Below, in pieces: positions 30,978 to 41,501 of a stretch of 64,000 nucleotides of DNA. This DNA is from a bacterium (lineage in GTDB: Bacteria; Zhuqueibacterota; Zhuqueibacteria; Residuimicrobiales; Krinioviventaceae), in the NCBI GenBank assembly GCA_029561455.1, contig JAKQIY010000047.1, positions 332 through 64,331 of the forward strand. Direction: 5' to 3'. A program made the position numbers and the translations under genes. The notes under the pieces are model-generated. The model saw only the letters and a list, made by a program, of their open reading frames with translations. It had not been told where the DNA came from and ran no database searches. Positions within the stretch are counted from its first letter, which is position 1. Each line of letters starts with the position of its first letter.

Positions 30978-31400
30978 TTGAAATTCAAAACAAAGTCAAA
31001 AGTGGGATCCGGCATTTCAACCGCGTCCATGCCCGATATTATTTTTATGCTTTTGATCTTTTTTATGGTTTGTACCGTATTTAAAGAATCATCAGGTCTA
31101 AAAGTAATATTACCGGATGCACGCAAGATTGAGAAATTGCCCGGTAAACGTGGCGTCGCCGTTATCTGGGCTGACAGGGCCGGGAATCTGACTATTGATG
31201 ATAAATTTTTGCGACCTGAAGATATCCGTAGTATTATCTATAATAAAGCAATTGACCCGACTAGTCCTTTAAAGATTGTTTCAATGCGGATTGATAACCA
31301 GGTAGATATGGAACGAGTTACAGCGATTCATGAAGAATTGCGGGCTGTCGGTGAAGCTGCATTAAATGTCAATTATTCTTCAAGAACTGCAGCTGAATGA
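30978..31400 (+). CDS. exbD: Biopolymer transporter ExbD (second)
   Basis: SMPDIIFMLLIFFMV motif; TTG start after AGGAG. Confidence 0.9.
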   Translation: MKFKTKSKVGSGISTASMPDIIFMLLIFFMVCTVFKESSGLKVILPDARKIEKLPGKRGVAVIWADRAGNLTIDDKFLRPEDIRSIIYNKAIDPTSPLKIVSMRIDNQVDMERVTAIHEELRAVGEAALNVNYSSRTAAE

Positions 31401-31411
31401 GGTGATTTATT

Positions 31412-32062
31412 ATGATGATTAGACAAAACCCCAAAGTCAGTCTCAAGTATAAATATAAAAAGAATATGGAACTTGGACTGATAATCACCCTGTTTTTATT
31501 GATTCTGATTTTTCAGGGCTGGAAAAAGTTTGAAAGTGAAACCAAAAAGCAGGAGCGGGTTAATATTACTATAGAAGTACAGGAAATCCCGCAAACTGAG
31601 CAGGAAAAAAAGCCGCCAGCCCCTACACGTCCGGCTATACCGATTGAAAGCGAAAGCGATGATATCGATGAAGATGAAACAATCGAGACCACAGAAATAA
31701 ACCTGGACGAGTTGCCGACTCCTCCTCCACCCCCGGAAGAAGACGTCGATGATGAATCTGCAATCTTTGTAGCTTATGATGAAGCCCCGGAACCCATTGG
31801 TGGATTTGCGGCTATCCAGCGTAATCTGGTTTATCCTGAAATTGCCCGCAAAGCCGGCGTTGAAGGTAAAGTGGTTGTTAACTGCCTCGTAGATGAAAAA
31901 GGTAATGTTGTTAAAACTACTATTTTGAAATCTCTGGGCAATAACGGTTGTGATGAAGCGGCTGTTGCTGCGATCAAATCCGTTAAATGGAAACCCGCCA
32001 AACAACGCGATAAATCGGTTAAAGTTTGGATCGGTATTCCTGTGGTATTCAAGTTGAAGTAA
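31412..32062 (+). CDS. tonB: Energy transducer TonB
   Basis: N-terminal TM, Pro/acidic linker, YPEIARKAGVEGKV C-terminal domain. Confidence 0.92.
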   Translation: MMIRQNPKVSLKYKYKKNMELGLIITLFLLILIFQGWKKFESETKKQERVNITIEVQEIPQTEQEKKPPAPTRPAIPIESESDDIDEDETIETTEINLDELPTPPPPPEEDVDDESAIFVAYDEAPEPIGGFAAIQRNLVYPEIARKAGVEGKVVVNCLVDEKGNVVKTTILKSLGNNGCDEAAVAAIKSVKWKPAKQRDKSVKVWIGIPVVFKLK

Positions 32063-32174
32063 GCAGTATTACTTAAAAAAACGAATTTCAATATTTTTTA
32101 TTGATTGGATAAAAGTTCGTTTTAAGACTACTGGAATATATGATATAGTGTTTATTAGTAATAGCAGTAATTAG

Positions 32175-32201
32175 AGAGCCGGTTTTAAAACCGGCTCTTT
32201 T
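32175..32201 (+). terminator. Intrinsic terminator
   Basis: AGAGCCGGTTTTAAAACCGGCTCT palindrome followed by TTT. Confidence 0.7.
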
Positions 32202-32360
32202 GTCAGTCCCTTTTAACGAGTAATCATGCGGACTGATAGCCAGGTAAAAGTGGAACACAATTTAATAGTAATCCATATAGAAACAAGGCAGATTAAGAAG
32301 CACTATTAAATATCTATATTCAACATTCAACAAGAATCTCTTTTGCGGGAGGGCACTACC

Positions 32361-33008
32361 ATGAGAAAGAAACAAATCTCCACTGTCAGTCTCAAGAATA
32401 AATATAGCAAAAATATTGAACTTGGACTGTTGTTAACTTTGTTTTTGTTAATTGTAGTATTTCAGGGGTGGAAAAGGTTTGATACCGTAGTTAAAGAACA
32501 GCCGCCTGTAAAATTTACTTTTACAGTAACAGATGTATTACAAACCGAACAGAAAAGAACCCTGCCTGCGCCAAGTCGTCCATCTATCCCAATCGAGAGC
32601 GAAAATGAAGATATTGATGATGATGAAACTATTGAATCTTCAGAAATTAATATTACCGATATATTAACTCCTCCTCCGCCCCCGGCTGATGATGTTACCG
32701 AGTCAGTTCCTTTTATATCTTTTGATGAACCTCCGATGCCAATAGGCGGTTATGCTGCATTCCAGCGAAATTTAATTTACCCGGAAATTGCCCGCAAAGC
32801 CGGAGTTGAAGGTAAAGTTTATGTAAACTGCCTTATTGATGAAAAAGGTAACGTTGTTCAAACAGTTATTATAAAATCTTTGGGCAATAATGGATGCGAT
32901 GAAGCGGCTATTGCTGCGATCAAATCCGTCAAGTGGATCCCGGCCAAACAGCGTGATAAAGCGGTCAAAGTATGGATTAGCATCCCTGTGGCATTTAAAC
33001 TGAAATAA
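32361..33008 (+). CDS. tonB: Energy transducer TonB (tandem paralog)
   Basis: Same architecture as the upstream tonB, with a near-identical C-terminal domain; ATG at 32361 after GGAGG. Confidence 0.92.
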   Translation: MRKKQISTVSLKNKYSKNIELGLLLTLFLLIVVFQGWKRFDTVVKEQPPVKFTFTVTDVLQTEQKRTLPAPSRPSIPIESENEDIDDDETIESSEINITDILTPPPPPADDVTESVPFISFDEPPMPIGGYAAFQRNLIYPEIARKAGVEGKVYVNCLIDEKGNVVQTVIIKSLGNNGCDEAAIAAIKSVKWIPAKQRDKAVKVWISIPVAFKLK

Positions 33009-33082
33009 GCAGATAATGCAAATTATCTGGTTTATTGAATTGTAATAACAGACCAGATTTTTTGTAACAATTTTCACTATTG

Positions 33083-33110
33083 AAAAGCCGGTTTATTAAC
33101 CGGCTTTTTT
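33083..33110 (+). terminator. Intrinsic terminator
   Basis: AAAAGCCGGTT-TATT-AACCGGCTTTTTT. Confidence 0.75.
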
Positions 33111-33298
33111 AATTTTAGGCCTGCCCTATAAACTAATCAAAAACGGGCTCTCTATATTTCAGCTTTTTCATATTTTAACACTCCATACCCAAAAAATCAT
33201 ATTGATATGAAAAAAATATTTATTATTTTACAAGTTGTGATAATTACCGATTTTATTCTATAAAGTTTTACTATATGTCCTTGACCTTATTTTAAACA

Positions 33299-33859
33299 AT
33301 GATCCGGTATACAATAAAAAACATAAATCTGCTTCCTGGCAAAAAGCTCCGGTTGTTGATTGTCCTTTCTATCCTCTGCATGACGATTTTTACCTTTTGT
33401 TATAATCCTTTTGCACCGAAACTGGAACACTCCAACGGGCAAGGGCTGGTTATAACCGAACAAAAAAGTCCGGATGAAGTTTTACAGAATTTTATTTATG
33501 CCTATACCTTTAAAGATTCGCTGGTTTATGCCGGGTTGCTGGACAGCTCTTTTGTATTTGTCTATTTTGATCCTAACCTGGGCAGTTCCGGTCGGTTCGT
33601 CTCCTGGGGCCGGGATGTGGACCTGAAAACTACCGGCAGGTTATTCAAGAATTTTGATACGATAACATTAATCTGGAACACAACTATATATCAAATAGAG
33701 AATGAGACTGAAGCGGAATACTCCAAGACTCTGCAATTAAATATGTTTGGCGCTTCGGGTGATTTCAGTCTCAATGGGAATGCCATTTTTAATTTCAAGC
33801 TAAGCAGTTATGATAAAAAATGGCGCATTACCCGCTGGAAAGATGAATCAACCATGTAA
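33299..33859 (+). CDS. Hypothetical lipoprotein (related to the 17108 protein)
   Basis: Hydrophobic N-region ending in C-YNPFAP; shares SP..V..N...A and W.I.RW.D motifs with the 17108 product. Confidence 0.7.
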   Translation: MIRYTIKNINLLPGKKLRLLIVLSILCMTIFTFCYNPFAPKLEHSNGQGLVITEQKSPDEVLQNFIYAYTFKDSLVYAGLLDSSFVFVYFDPNLGSSGRFVSWGRDVDLKTTGRLFKNFDTITLIWNTTIYQIENETEAEYSKTLQLNMFGASGDFSLNGNAIFNFKLSSYDKKWRITRWKDESTM

Positions 33860-33936
33860 GGTTTTGCATCAAACAAGTGTAATATAACTTTTACACAGGT
33901 TTGTAAGGTATGCAAAACATTAAGGATGAGGATACT

Positions 33937-35739
33937 ATGAAACGAACAATAATATTTTTTCTATTTTTTACTTTTGTTATAGTAACAGGCGGTTATTCTC
34001 AATTTGACAAACCAAATATTTTAACGGTTCAGGCATATAATTCACACGATCAGGTATTGCCCGGCGGCAGTTTTAATATAGCCATTGTTGTGCAAATTGC
34101 CCCGGAATACCATATTAATTCCAATACACCTACAAATGAATTTTATATTCCGACTGTAACCAGTTTGGATTCTGTAACCGGCTTGTCTTTTGCAGCGCCG
34201 ATATATCCGGAACCCGCTCTGGTCAAATTCGCCTTTTCCGAAGATAAAGTATCCGTCTTTGCCGGGCAGGTTGTGATCCGTGTGCCGGTTACGGCAGCGC
34301 CGGATATTACTGAAAAGGATTTGATTATTACCGGTTCACTTGCTTACCAGGGTTGTAATGATGTAGTTTGTTTTGCTCCGGCAGAGCAGACTTTTAGCCT
34401 GCAACTACCGGTTGCGCCGGCGGGAACAAATGTGGCGGCTGTCAATTCGGAGTATTTCCCGTCGGCCGGTTCCGAATCCGGATCGACCGCAGCGGCTGAA
34501 ACCCTGACAGCCGATGAGAACAAAGCCCGTGAAATTCTGGACAAGGGGATTTTTTATGCCCTGGCCGCTTTTTTCCTGGTCGGCCTGGCCCTGAACCTCA
34601 CTCCCTGTGTGTACCCGGTCATCCCGTTGACCGTCAGTTTCTTTAGCGCGCAGGGTAATAAAACCAAACGCAAAGTATTTGTGTCTGCTTTGTTTTACCT
34701 GCTGGGTATTGCGGTTGCTTTTGCCCTGCTGGGGCTCATCTCCGGTTTGGCGGGTAAGCAGTGGGGATTCTTGTTCACCAGTCCCTGGTTTGTTGTGGTT
34801 ATTGCTTTGATCATATTGGCTATGGCTGCCAGTCTGTTCGGCGCTTTTGAGATCACTGTGCCCTCGTGGCTGCTGACCGGCGCGGGCAAGAGCCGGCAGG
34901 GAGTAATCGGCGCCCTGGTGATGGGGTTAACCGTGGGTGTGGTCATTGCGCCCTGCGCAGCCGGGATTCTCATTGGCCTGGTAGGTTTAATTGCCAAGAC
35001 CGGCCTGGTGTTTAAAGGGACTTTATTGTTTTTCGTTATGGGTTTGGGTTTGGGATTGCCTTATTTGATCCTGGCAACCTTTTCCGGGCTGCTGCAAAAG
35101 CTACCCCAGTCCGGCATGTGGATGGTGTGGATACGCAAATTTTTTGCCGTGCTGTTGGTTGGCGTGGCTTTGTATTTTATTGTGCCGCAGCTTGACCGGA
35201 TCTATGACAAGTTTGCGTTTTTGACCGGAATTTTGGGAGTATTTGGCGGTTTGTTGCTCGGCTTCCTGGATCATGCTCCCGGGTATACAAAAGGATTCAA
35301 ACTGATCCGGGCGCTGGTTGGTATTGTCATCATGTTGTTGGGATTATACTGGATTAACAGCGCCATAAATTCCAAACCTTCGGCAATTGACTGGATAAAA
35401 TTTAATAATCACACAGTAGAGAGCCTGGTTGATAATGAAAAGCCGGTTTTTATTGATTTTTATGCGGACTGGTGCGCTCCCTGTAAACAACTCGACCGCG
35501 ACACTTTTAGCGATGACCGGGTGGTTGAAAAAGCGCGGCAATTCCACATGCTCAAAGTGGACTGCACCAAACCGGACGAGTTAACTAGTAAATTTATGGA
35601 AACTTTTCAGGTAACCGGAATGCCGACCCTGGTATTTTTATCCAAATCCGGTGTGGTGCAACAAGAGCTACGTGAAATCGGTTTTATCGGGCCGCAAGAG
35701 TTTTTATCCAGTATGGATAAAGCGCTGGCTGCCGAGTAA
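33937..35739 (+). CDS. dsbD: Thiol:disulfide interchange protein DsbD
   Basis: N-domain QGCNDVVC, TM domain LTPCVYP and APC, thioredoxin ADWCAPC; ATG at 33937 after GAGGA. Confidence 0.92.
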   Translation: MKRTIIFFLFFTFVIVTGGYSQFDKPNILTVQAYNSHDQVLPGGSFNIAIVVQIAPEYHINSNTPTNEFYIPTVTSLDSVTGLSFAAPIYPEPALVKFAFSEDKVSVFAGQVVIRVPVTAAPDITEKDLIITGSLAYQGCNDVVCFAPAEQTFSLQLPVAPAGTNVAAVNSEYFPSAGSESGSTAAAETLTADENKAREILDKGIFYALAAFFLVGLALNLTPCVYPVIPLTVSFFSAQGNKTKRKVFVSALFYLLGIAVAFALLGLISGLAGKQWGFLFTSPWFVVVIALIILAMAASLFGAFEITVPSWLLTGAGKSRQGVIGALVMGLTVGVVIAPCAAGILIGLVGLIAKTGLVFKGTLLFFVMGLGLGLPYLILATFSGLLQKLPQSGMWMVWIRKFFAVLLVGVALYFIVPQLDRIYDKFAFLTGILGVFGGLLLGFLDHAPGYTKGFKLIRALVGIVIMLLGLYWINSAINSKPSAIDWIKFNNHTVESLVDNEKPVFIDFYADWCAPCKQLDRDTFSDDRVVEKARQFHMLKVDCTKPDELTSKFMETFQVTGMPTLVFLSKSGVVQQELREIGFIGPQEFLSSMDKALAAE

Positions 35740-35794
35740 TTGCTCTGGTGATATTGAAAATATAATGTATGGATGATCTAGAATAAAGGACGTT

Positions 35795-37567
35795 GTGTTG
35801 AAAAGATTAGTTGCGGCGAGTTTGGTGTTATTGTTTTTTGGCATGGGCTATTCACAAGAAGCTGTACAGGTTTCCGATTCACTGCTCACGCTGGCAGTAA
35901 CATTTCCGGCGTTGCAGGATACAGTACCGTTCTCCAAAGTACGGGTTACCGGCGTTGCCACTAATGCTGCGCAGGTATCTGTAAATAAAAAAAATGTACG
36001 GTTATTTCCCAACGGCGCCTTTGTTACCCGTGTGGATTTAGAACCCGGCATGAACAGCATATCTGTAAAAGCAGCCAATGGCAGCAGCTCGACCAGCCAG
36101 GAACTGGTGGTTTTTCGTCCCCCGACGCCTGAAAATTTACCGGCGCAGCCCACGGTAATCGACACGATGCTGATCGAACCATCGCAAAATGTTATGCTGA
36201 TCTATGGCGATTATGTTAACGTCAAATGTAAAGGCAGCCCCGGCGGACAGATGATCTTTTCTATCGACAAGGTTGCTAAAGAATTACCGATGGTGGAATT
36301 GCCCCCGGCCCAGGCGGATGGACTGGTTGGGGTTTATAATGGAGTTGTCAGAGTTAACGAAGGCCCGCTCAACAAACCCCTGCAAATAAAGTTTGAATTA
36401 AAAGGCGAGGATGGTAAAAAGGAAGAAGCAATTGCGCCGGGGCATGTTTATATCATGCCGAATGATGTGCCGGTAGTTGGCAAAATCAATAAAGAAACCT
36501 CGCTTTACAGCGCCGCGAATGGTGCGCAGCCGTTCACCAAAATTCAGGATCCCGTCATGGTGCATATTACCGGCAAAACCGGCAATTTTTTTCAGATCCG
36601 GTTGGCGTCGTCTTTAATATGTTATGCAGAAGACAAGGATATTGATTTGCAGCCCTGGGGAACGCCGCTTCCCCGCACCGGGATTGCTGCGCCGGTTATT
36701 TATACCGATAACGACTGGTATCGTTTGCACATGCGGCTGCAACAACCGGTGCCATTTACCGTCGAGCAAACCCTGGAGCCCGCCAGTTTAACCGTTACTT
36801 TTTACGGCGCCGACCTGACATCGAACTGGATCACTTTTCCCAATGTTCCTACCGATATCAAGCAAATCGGTTTTTCCCAGCCGGAAAGCCGGGTTTTAAA
36901 AGTAAAAATTGATCTGAGTTTAAAACAATTCTGGGGTTACCGGGCCTATTATGATGAACAGGGATTTCAGTTAAAGATCCGCAAAGCGCCGCGTTGGAAC
37001 GGGAATGTGTTTAATGGAATGATCATTGCCATCGATGCCGGTCATGGCGGCGATAATGAAGGCGCCATCAGTCCCACCGGAGTATTGGAAAAACAGGTAA
37101 ATATGGACTGGGCGCTGATGCTGGCCGATTCGCTGCGGGCGGCAGGCGCAGTGGTACTGCTGACGCGCTCTACTGATGAAAATATCAGCCTTGCCGACCG
37201 TGTGCAGATCGCCCGCTCGGCAAACGCCAATTTTCTCATTTCCCTGCATAACAATTCAACCACAGCCGGCGGCGACGCCCTGGCGGCGCGCGGCGCCAGC
37301 ACTTATTTTACACTGCCGCAAAACCGCGACCTGGCCTGGGCAATTTATCCACATTTGTTGAAACTTGGTCTGGCTCCTTACGGGCGAATCTACAATTCTT
37401 ACTTTATAACCCGCACCACCGATATGCTGGTGGTGTTGATCGAAGGCGGTTTCTTATCGCACCCGGAAGAGGAATTACTGCTGACCGATAGCGCCTTTAT
37501 GGGTAAAATGGCGGCCGCTGTTGTTAACGGCATCCGCGATTTTTTACAAAACCAGCAAAAGAAATAG
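35795..37567 (+). CDS. N-acetylmuramoyl-L-alanine amidase (Amidase_3) with large N-terminal region
   Basis: Signal peptide; IDAGHGG, EKQVN, SLHNN and LIEGGF motifs. Confidence 0.88.
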   Translation: MLKRLVAASLVLLFFGMGYSQEAVQVSDSLLTLAVTFPALQDTVPFSKVRVTGVATNAAQVSVNKKNVRLFPNGAFVTRVDLEPGMNSISVKAANGSSSTSQELVVFRPPTPENLPAQPTVIDTMLIEPSQNVMLIYGDYVNVKCKGSPGGQMIFSIDKVAKELPMVELPPAQADGLVGVYNGVVRVNEGPLNKPLQIKFELKGEDGKKEEAIAPGHVYIMPNDVPVVGKINKETSLYSAANGAQPFTKIQDPVMVHITGKTGNFFQIRLASSLICYAEDKDIDLQPWGTPLPRTGIAAPVIYTDNDWYRLHMRLQQPVPFTVEQTLEPASLTVTFYGADLTSNWITFPNVPTDIKQIGFSQPESRVLKVKIDLSLKQFWGYRAYYDEQGFQLKIRKAPRWNGNVFNGMIIAIDAGHGGDNEGAISPTGVLEKQVNMDWALMLADSLRAAGAVVLLTRSTDENISLADRVQIARSANANFLISLHNNSTTAGGDALAARGASTYFTLPQNRDLAWAIYPHLLKLGLAPYGRIYNSYFITRTTDMLVVLIEGGFLSHPEEELLLTDSAFMGKMAAAVVNGIRDFLQNQQKK

Positions 37568-37570
37568 TCG

Positions 37571-38323
37571 CTACGCTATAACAATAGTGCGCGCAGGTTG
37601 TTTTTCCTTGCCGACGCCCAGTTTGGTTTCCAGGCAGTTGATCACAATCAGAGCCGCAGACTGGGGCGTGAGATGCTGCATATTCAACACCAGGTCGTAA
37701 GCCGTGTGATCATTAGCGCTGCGGTGAAAATAGCGCTGCACAAAGGCAAAGCGGTTACTGTCGACCAGCGACACCACTTTTTTAGCTTCTTTTACCGGCA
37801 GTTCCCGCGCATGGGCAATCTTTTCCACCCGGTAGTCCAGCGGCGCGGTGATCATAATGCGTAACGAATGTTTGGGGTCGACAATAAAATTGGCGCCCCT
37901 GCCGATGATGATCGCCCGGCCTTGTTCGGCAATGGCCTCGATCACGGCATGCAGGAGGTGAAAATATTTGTCGATACCGAGAGCGTCTTTATCCAGCATG
38001 GTTTGCAAAAAGTTGTGCGTCTGGTTTTGTTTACGCTCGTCAAACGGCGCGACGATGCGGTTGCGAAGCTGGCCCGATTGGGCAATATATTCGACAAGCT
38101 CTTTATCATAGATCTGCCAATGTAACATTTCCGCTATTTTTTCCGCCACATCATCCCCGCCGGCGCCATGCGTCCGCGAAATGGTAATAATCGCGTGGTC
38201 AAGGGAATCGGCGCCGCCGGCCTTTTGCTGCCGTTTTTGAATTTGTTGTTTCACTTCCCAAATAGCAACCTGGCCTTTGATCAGCCGGTTCCAGTTGAGT
38301 TGTTCATTATGGTTAGCAGGCAT
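37571..38323 (-). CDS. Cytidylate kinase-like family protein
   Basis: ITISRTHGAGG, YDKELV, IIGRGANF and YDLVLN motifs; ATG at 38323 after GAGGAGG. Confidence 0.82.
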   Translation of the reverse strand: MPANHNEQLNWNRLIKGQVAIWEVKQQIQKRQQKAGGADSLDHAIITISRTHGAGGDDVAEKIAEMLHWQIYDKELVEYIAQSGQLRNRIVAPFDERKQNQTHNFLQTMLDKDALGIDKYFHLLHAVIEAIAEQGRAIIIGRGANFIVDPKHSLRIMITAPLDYRVEKIAHARELPVKEAKKVVSLVDSNRFAFVQRYFHRSANDHTAYDLVLNMQHLTPQSAALIVINCLETKLGVGKEKQPARTIVIA

Positions 38324-38604
38324 GGCAACCTCCTCTGTTTGGTTCATATTGGATTTAATTGCCAGTCCATAGTGCAGGGGAACGGGAGAAGAATGTCTGT
38401 CGAATGAAAGCCCGCTTGTTGTTCGGGCTCTATTTGAAGTATATTAAAGTAAAGTCATTTTGTCAATAGAAAAATTGCTTTTTTTGAATATAATTATGCA
38501 AATACCTGTCAATAATTTAACGCCGATGATAATGGAAGGGTTTCATGGGGTAAAGTTAAAATTTACCGTATGAAAACAAGACGATCTTATATTCCCGGCT
38601 GGGT

Positions 38605-39180
38605 GCCCCGGAACCAGGGTGAATCCCTATGAATGAGCTGGAAAAACAATTTTTGTAGGGGCGAAGCATCTGTTCCGGACTTACTTTTCATGTCAACTGA
38701 TCCCGGTAAAGATGCTTCGCCCGGATGAATAACAATCCCGGTCCGCATTAAAGTCTATCCCACCTCTCCGCAAATACAGCATAAACCCGGACAGGTTCGG
38801 TGTCAAAGTGCTTTCTTTATAGAAACCCTGTGCCCCAGGTGGACTCCACTGAAATGCTGCCGGGCCGCTTTTCGCTCATCTCGTTACGTCCCGGAAGGTA
38901 AAGCAAAGGGACTAGTCGATGACCGTAATATATTTTAGAAAAACCGGTCGTCGAGTAGGGCCGTACATGGTCTTGAGTGACGAACTACACCAGGTATATA
39001 GCAGCATTACAGCAGATGCAGATTCGGCCCGTATCGAGACGACATTTTCTGACCCGAGTACATTAAAGTCTAGCCCACCTCGCCGCAAATACAACACAAG
39101 CATGGACAAGTTCGAAGTCATAGTACCTTCTTTATAGCAATCTTGTACCCCAGGTGGACAAAACTGAAATGGTGCCGGAT
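38605..39180. repeat. Dispersed, rearranged relative of the 530 bp repeat unit (REP mosaic with two copies of the 110 bp module)
   Basis: CCCGGAACCAGGGTGAATC...GGAAAAACAATTTTTGTAGGGGCGAAGC matches 14567-14628. It also contains a GGGCGAAGCATCT/AGATGCTTCGCCC inverted pair, a TCGAGTAG...CGTATCGAGACGAC element, and modules at 38745-38854 and 39060-39169. Confidence 0.85.
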
Positions 39181-39326
39181 CGCAGAGCAGAACGGCCAAG
39201 ATCAGGATGAAATTTTATTTCCCCTTTCCCGAAATGTTGTGATTTGCACATTGTTTTTTTTTAAATAAAACACTATCTTTATAATTATTTTCCTACATGA
39301 GTATTTACCAATAATGCAGGCATGTT

Positions 39327-40757
39327 ATGGAAAGAAAGAAAAAACGGCTGGCTAATGTTCCTGAGGATTTGCAGGACTATAAAAGCAAAGCCAAACTGTG
39401 GTTCGGCGGCCTGTTTGCGCCGGATCGTGAAATATATATTGCCAGGGCGCCGGCCCGCCTGGATGTGATGGGCGGTATTGCCGATTACTGCGGTGCAGTA
39501 GCGCTGCAGGGTGTTTTAAAGCAAGCCGCTGTGGTAGGCATACAGCTGCGCCGCGACCGCCGCTTGCTGGTCAAATCCGTTGGCATCGAAAATGACGGCT
39601 TTCGCTCGATTGCCGATTATGACCTTGACCGGTTTTATGACACTGGCGCGGTGAAATCTTTTGCAAACATTCGCCAGGATTTACTCAAAGACCCCTCGAC
39701 CCTGTGGATGGCATACGTACTCGGCGCATACCCGGTACTGCTGCATGAAAAAATTGCCGGACAATTCGGCAACGGCGCGACGATTTGTATTAAAAGCAAC
39801 ATACCGGTACAAGCCGGTCTCGGCGCTTCTTCCGCCCTGGTTATGGCTACTCTATTGGCCATGAAACAGGCGTATAGCCTGGCGCCGGATGCATTTCAAC
39901 TGGCAAAATGCTGCCAGCAAGTGGAGCAGCAAATAATCGGCGTTCCCGGCGGTATTGTTGCGCCGCTCACTTCGGCTATGGGCAAAAACGGCAAGCTGCT
40001 GGTCATTCGCTGCCAGCCCCATGAATTATTGAAAATGATCACGTTACCGGCGGATATTCAGTTTATCGGCATCAACTCCCGCATCAAACCTGCGAATGAT
40101 CATAACCATTATATCGATTCCCGTACGGCTGCACTTTTAGGTAGAAAAATACTTATTGCCCGGTTGCAGGAACAGGGAGTCGCCAATCCTTTTAACGGGT
40201 ATCTTTGCAACCTGGCGGCGGAACATTGGCAGGAGCGCTATCAAAACCTGCTGCCGGAACAAATGACCGGACGCAAATTTCTGGATCAGTATGCCGGGCA
40301 CGATGATGAAATGACGGAGATCGAACTTAAAAAAACGTATCATGTACAAAATTGCGCCGCTTTCCCGGTATATGAAAATGCCCGGGTACAAAAATTCATC
40401 AAAAAGCTGGAAACCTATACGCAGACCGGCAACCGCACCATCCTGGCAGAAGCCGGAGAGTTGATGTACGAATCCCATGCCGCTTACAGCGAGCTTGTTA
40501 ACCTGGGAACCAACGAGACGGATATTCTGGTCTCGCTGGTTAAAAAACTGGGGCCGGAGAACGGGTTATATGGCGCCAGGGTATCCGGCAATGGCGGCGG
40601 CGGCACTGTTGTCGTGCTCACCGCCAAAAATAATGAAGATACGATCAGAAATATTACTTCGCAGTATTATGACCAAACCGGGTTCAAGCCGGATATTTTT
40701 ACGGAATCGTCACCCGGCGGGTTGGAACTTGGCGCCGAAACGATCAAATTTACCTAG
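39327..40757 (+). CDS. GHMP kinase, galactokinase/L-arabinokinase-like (possibly inactive)
   Basis: APARLDVMGGIADYCG, IPVQAGLGASSA, GELMYESH and YGARVSGNGGGG motifs. Confidence 0.82.
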   Translation: MERKKKRLANVPEDLQDYKSKAKLWFGGLFAPDREIYIARAPARLDVMGGIADYCGAVALQGVLKQAAVVGIQLRRDRRLLVKSVGIENDGFRSIADYDLDRFYDTGAVKSFANIRQDLLKDPSTLWMAYVLGAYPVLLHEKIAGQFGNGATICIKSNIPVQAGLGASSALVMATLLAMKQAYSLAPDAFQLAKCCQQVEQQIIGVPGGIVAPLTSAMGKNGKLLVIRCQPHELLKMITLPADIQFIGINSRIKPANDHNHYIDSRTAALLGRKILIARLQEQGVANPFNGYLCNLAAEHWQERYQNLLPEQMTGRKFLDQYAGHDDEMTEIELKKTYHVQNCAAFPVYENARVQKFIKKLETYTQTGNRTILAEAGELMYESHAAYSELVNLGTNETDILVSLVKKLGPENGLYGARVSGNGGGGTVVVLTAKNNEDTIRNITSQYYDQTGFKPDIFTESSPGGLELGAETIKFT

Positions 40758-40865
40758 TGGACTGCGGTTGAACAGTATATAAATTCGCACGAGTGACAGT
40801 AATTAAACGGGAGACCGTGTCATGGTCTCTCAATTCAGATAATCATCATTTAAAAAGGGCAGTCA

Positions 40866-41501
40866 ATGCTTAGCATAATCCTTGTTATTGCGCTCAGTTA
40901 CCTGGTTGGCTCCATTCCCACCAGTATCATTACCGGGAAAATTTTAAAAGGCATAGATATACGCCAACACGGCAGCGGTAACGCCGGGGCGACCAATGTA
41001 TTTCGCGTATTGGGCTGGAAGCCGGGTGTTTTTGTGATGTTGTTTGATATATTTAAAGGATTTGCCGCAACCTGGTGGATAGCGCGCATCGCGGTCGGGC
41101 CTGTTCCGGTGAATACCGGAATTATGATGCTCATCGCCGGATGCGCTGCCATTTTCGGGCACATCTGGACGGTGTTTGCCGGCTTTAAAGGCGGCAAAGG
41201 CGTCGGCACTGCCGCCGGTATGATCATTGCCCTGTATCCTTTAACACTGCTTATTTATTTGGGTGTATTTATCATTGTGTTCCTGGCTACCCGCATCGTC
41301 TCCCTCAGTTCTATTACCGCGGCTATTTCTTTGCCGATTGTGTTGACGATTTTTCGTTATGTGGTAAAGATTCCCGTGTCGCTGCCGGTATATATATTTG
41401 GTTTTTTTGCTTCCGCGCTGATCATTTATACCCATCGTTCCAATATTAAACGGCTGATAAACGGCACGGAAAACCGCTTTGGCAAGAAAAAAACCGCCTG
41501 A
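40866..41501 (+). CDS. plsY: Glycerol-3-phosphate acyltransferase PlsY
   Basis: YLVGSIP, GSGNAGATN, DIFKG, GH..., FKGGKGV and HRSNIKRL motifs. Confidence 0.95.
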   Translation: MLSIILVIALSYLVGSIPTSIITGKILKGIDIRQHGSGNAGATNVFRVLGWKPGVFVMLFDIFKGFAATWWIARIAVGPVPVNTGIMMLIAGCAAIFGHIWTVFAGFKGGKGVGTAAGMIIALYPLTLLIYLGVFIIVFLATRIVSLSSITAAISLPIVLTIFRYVVKIPVSLPVYIFGFFASALIIYTHRSNIKRLINGTENRFGKKKTA

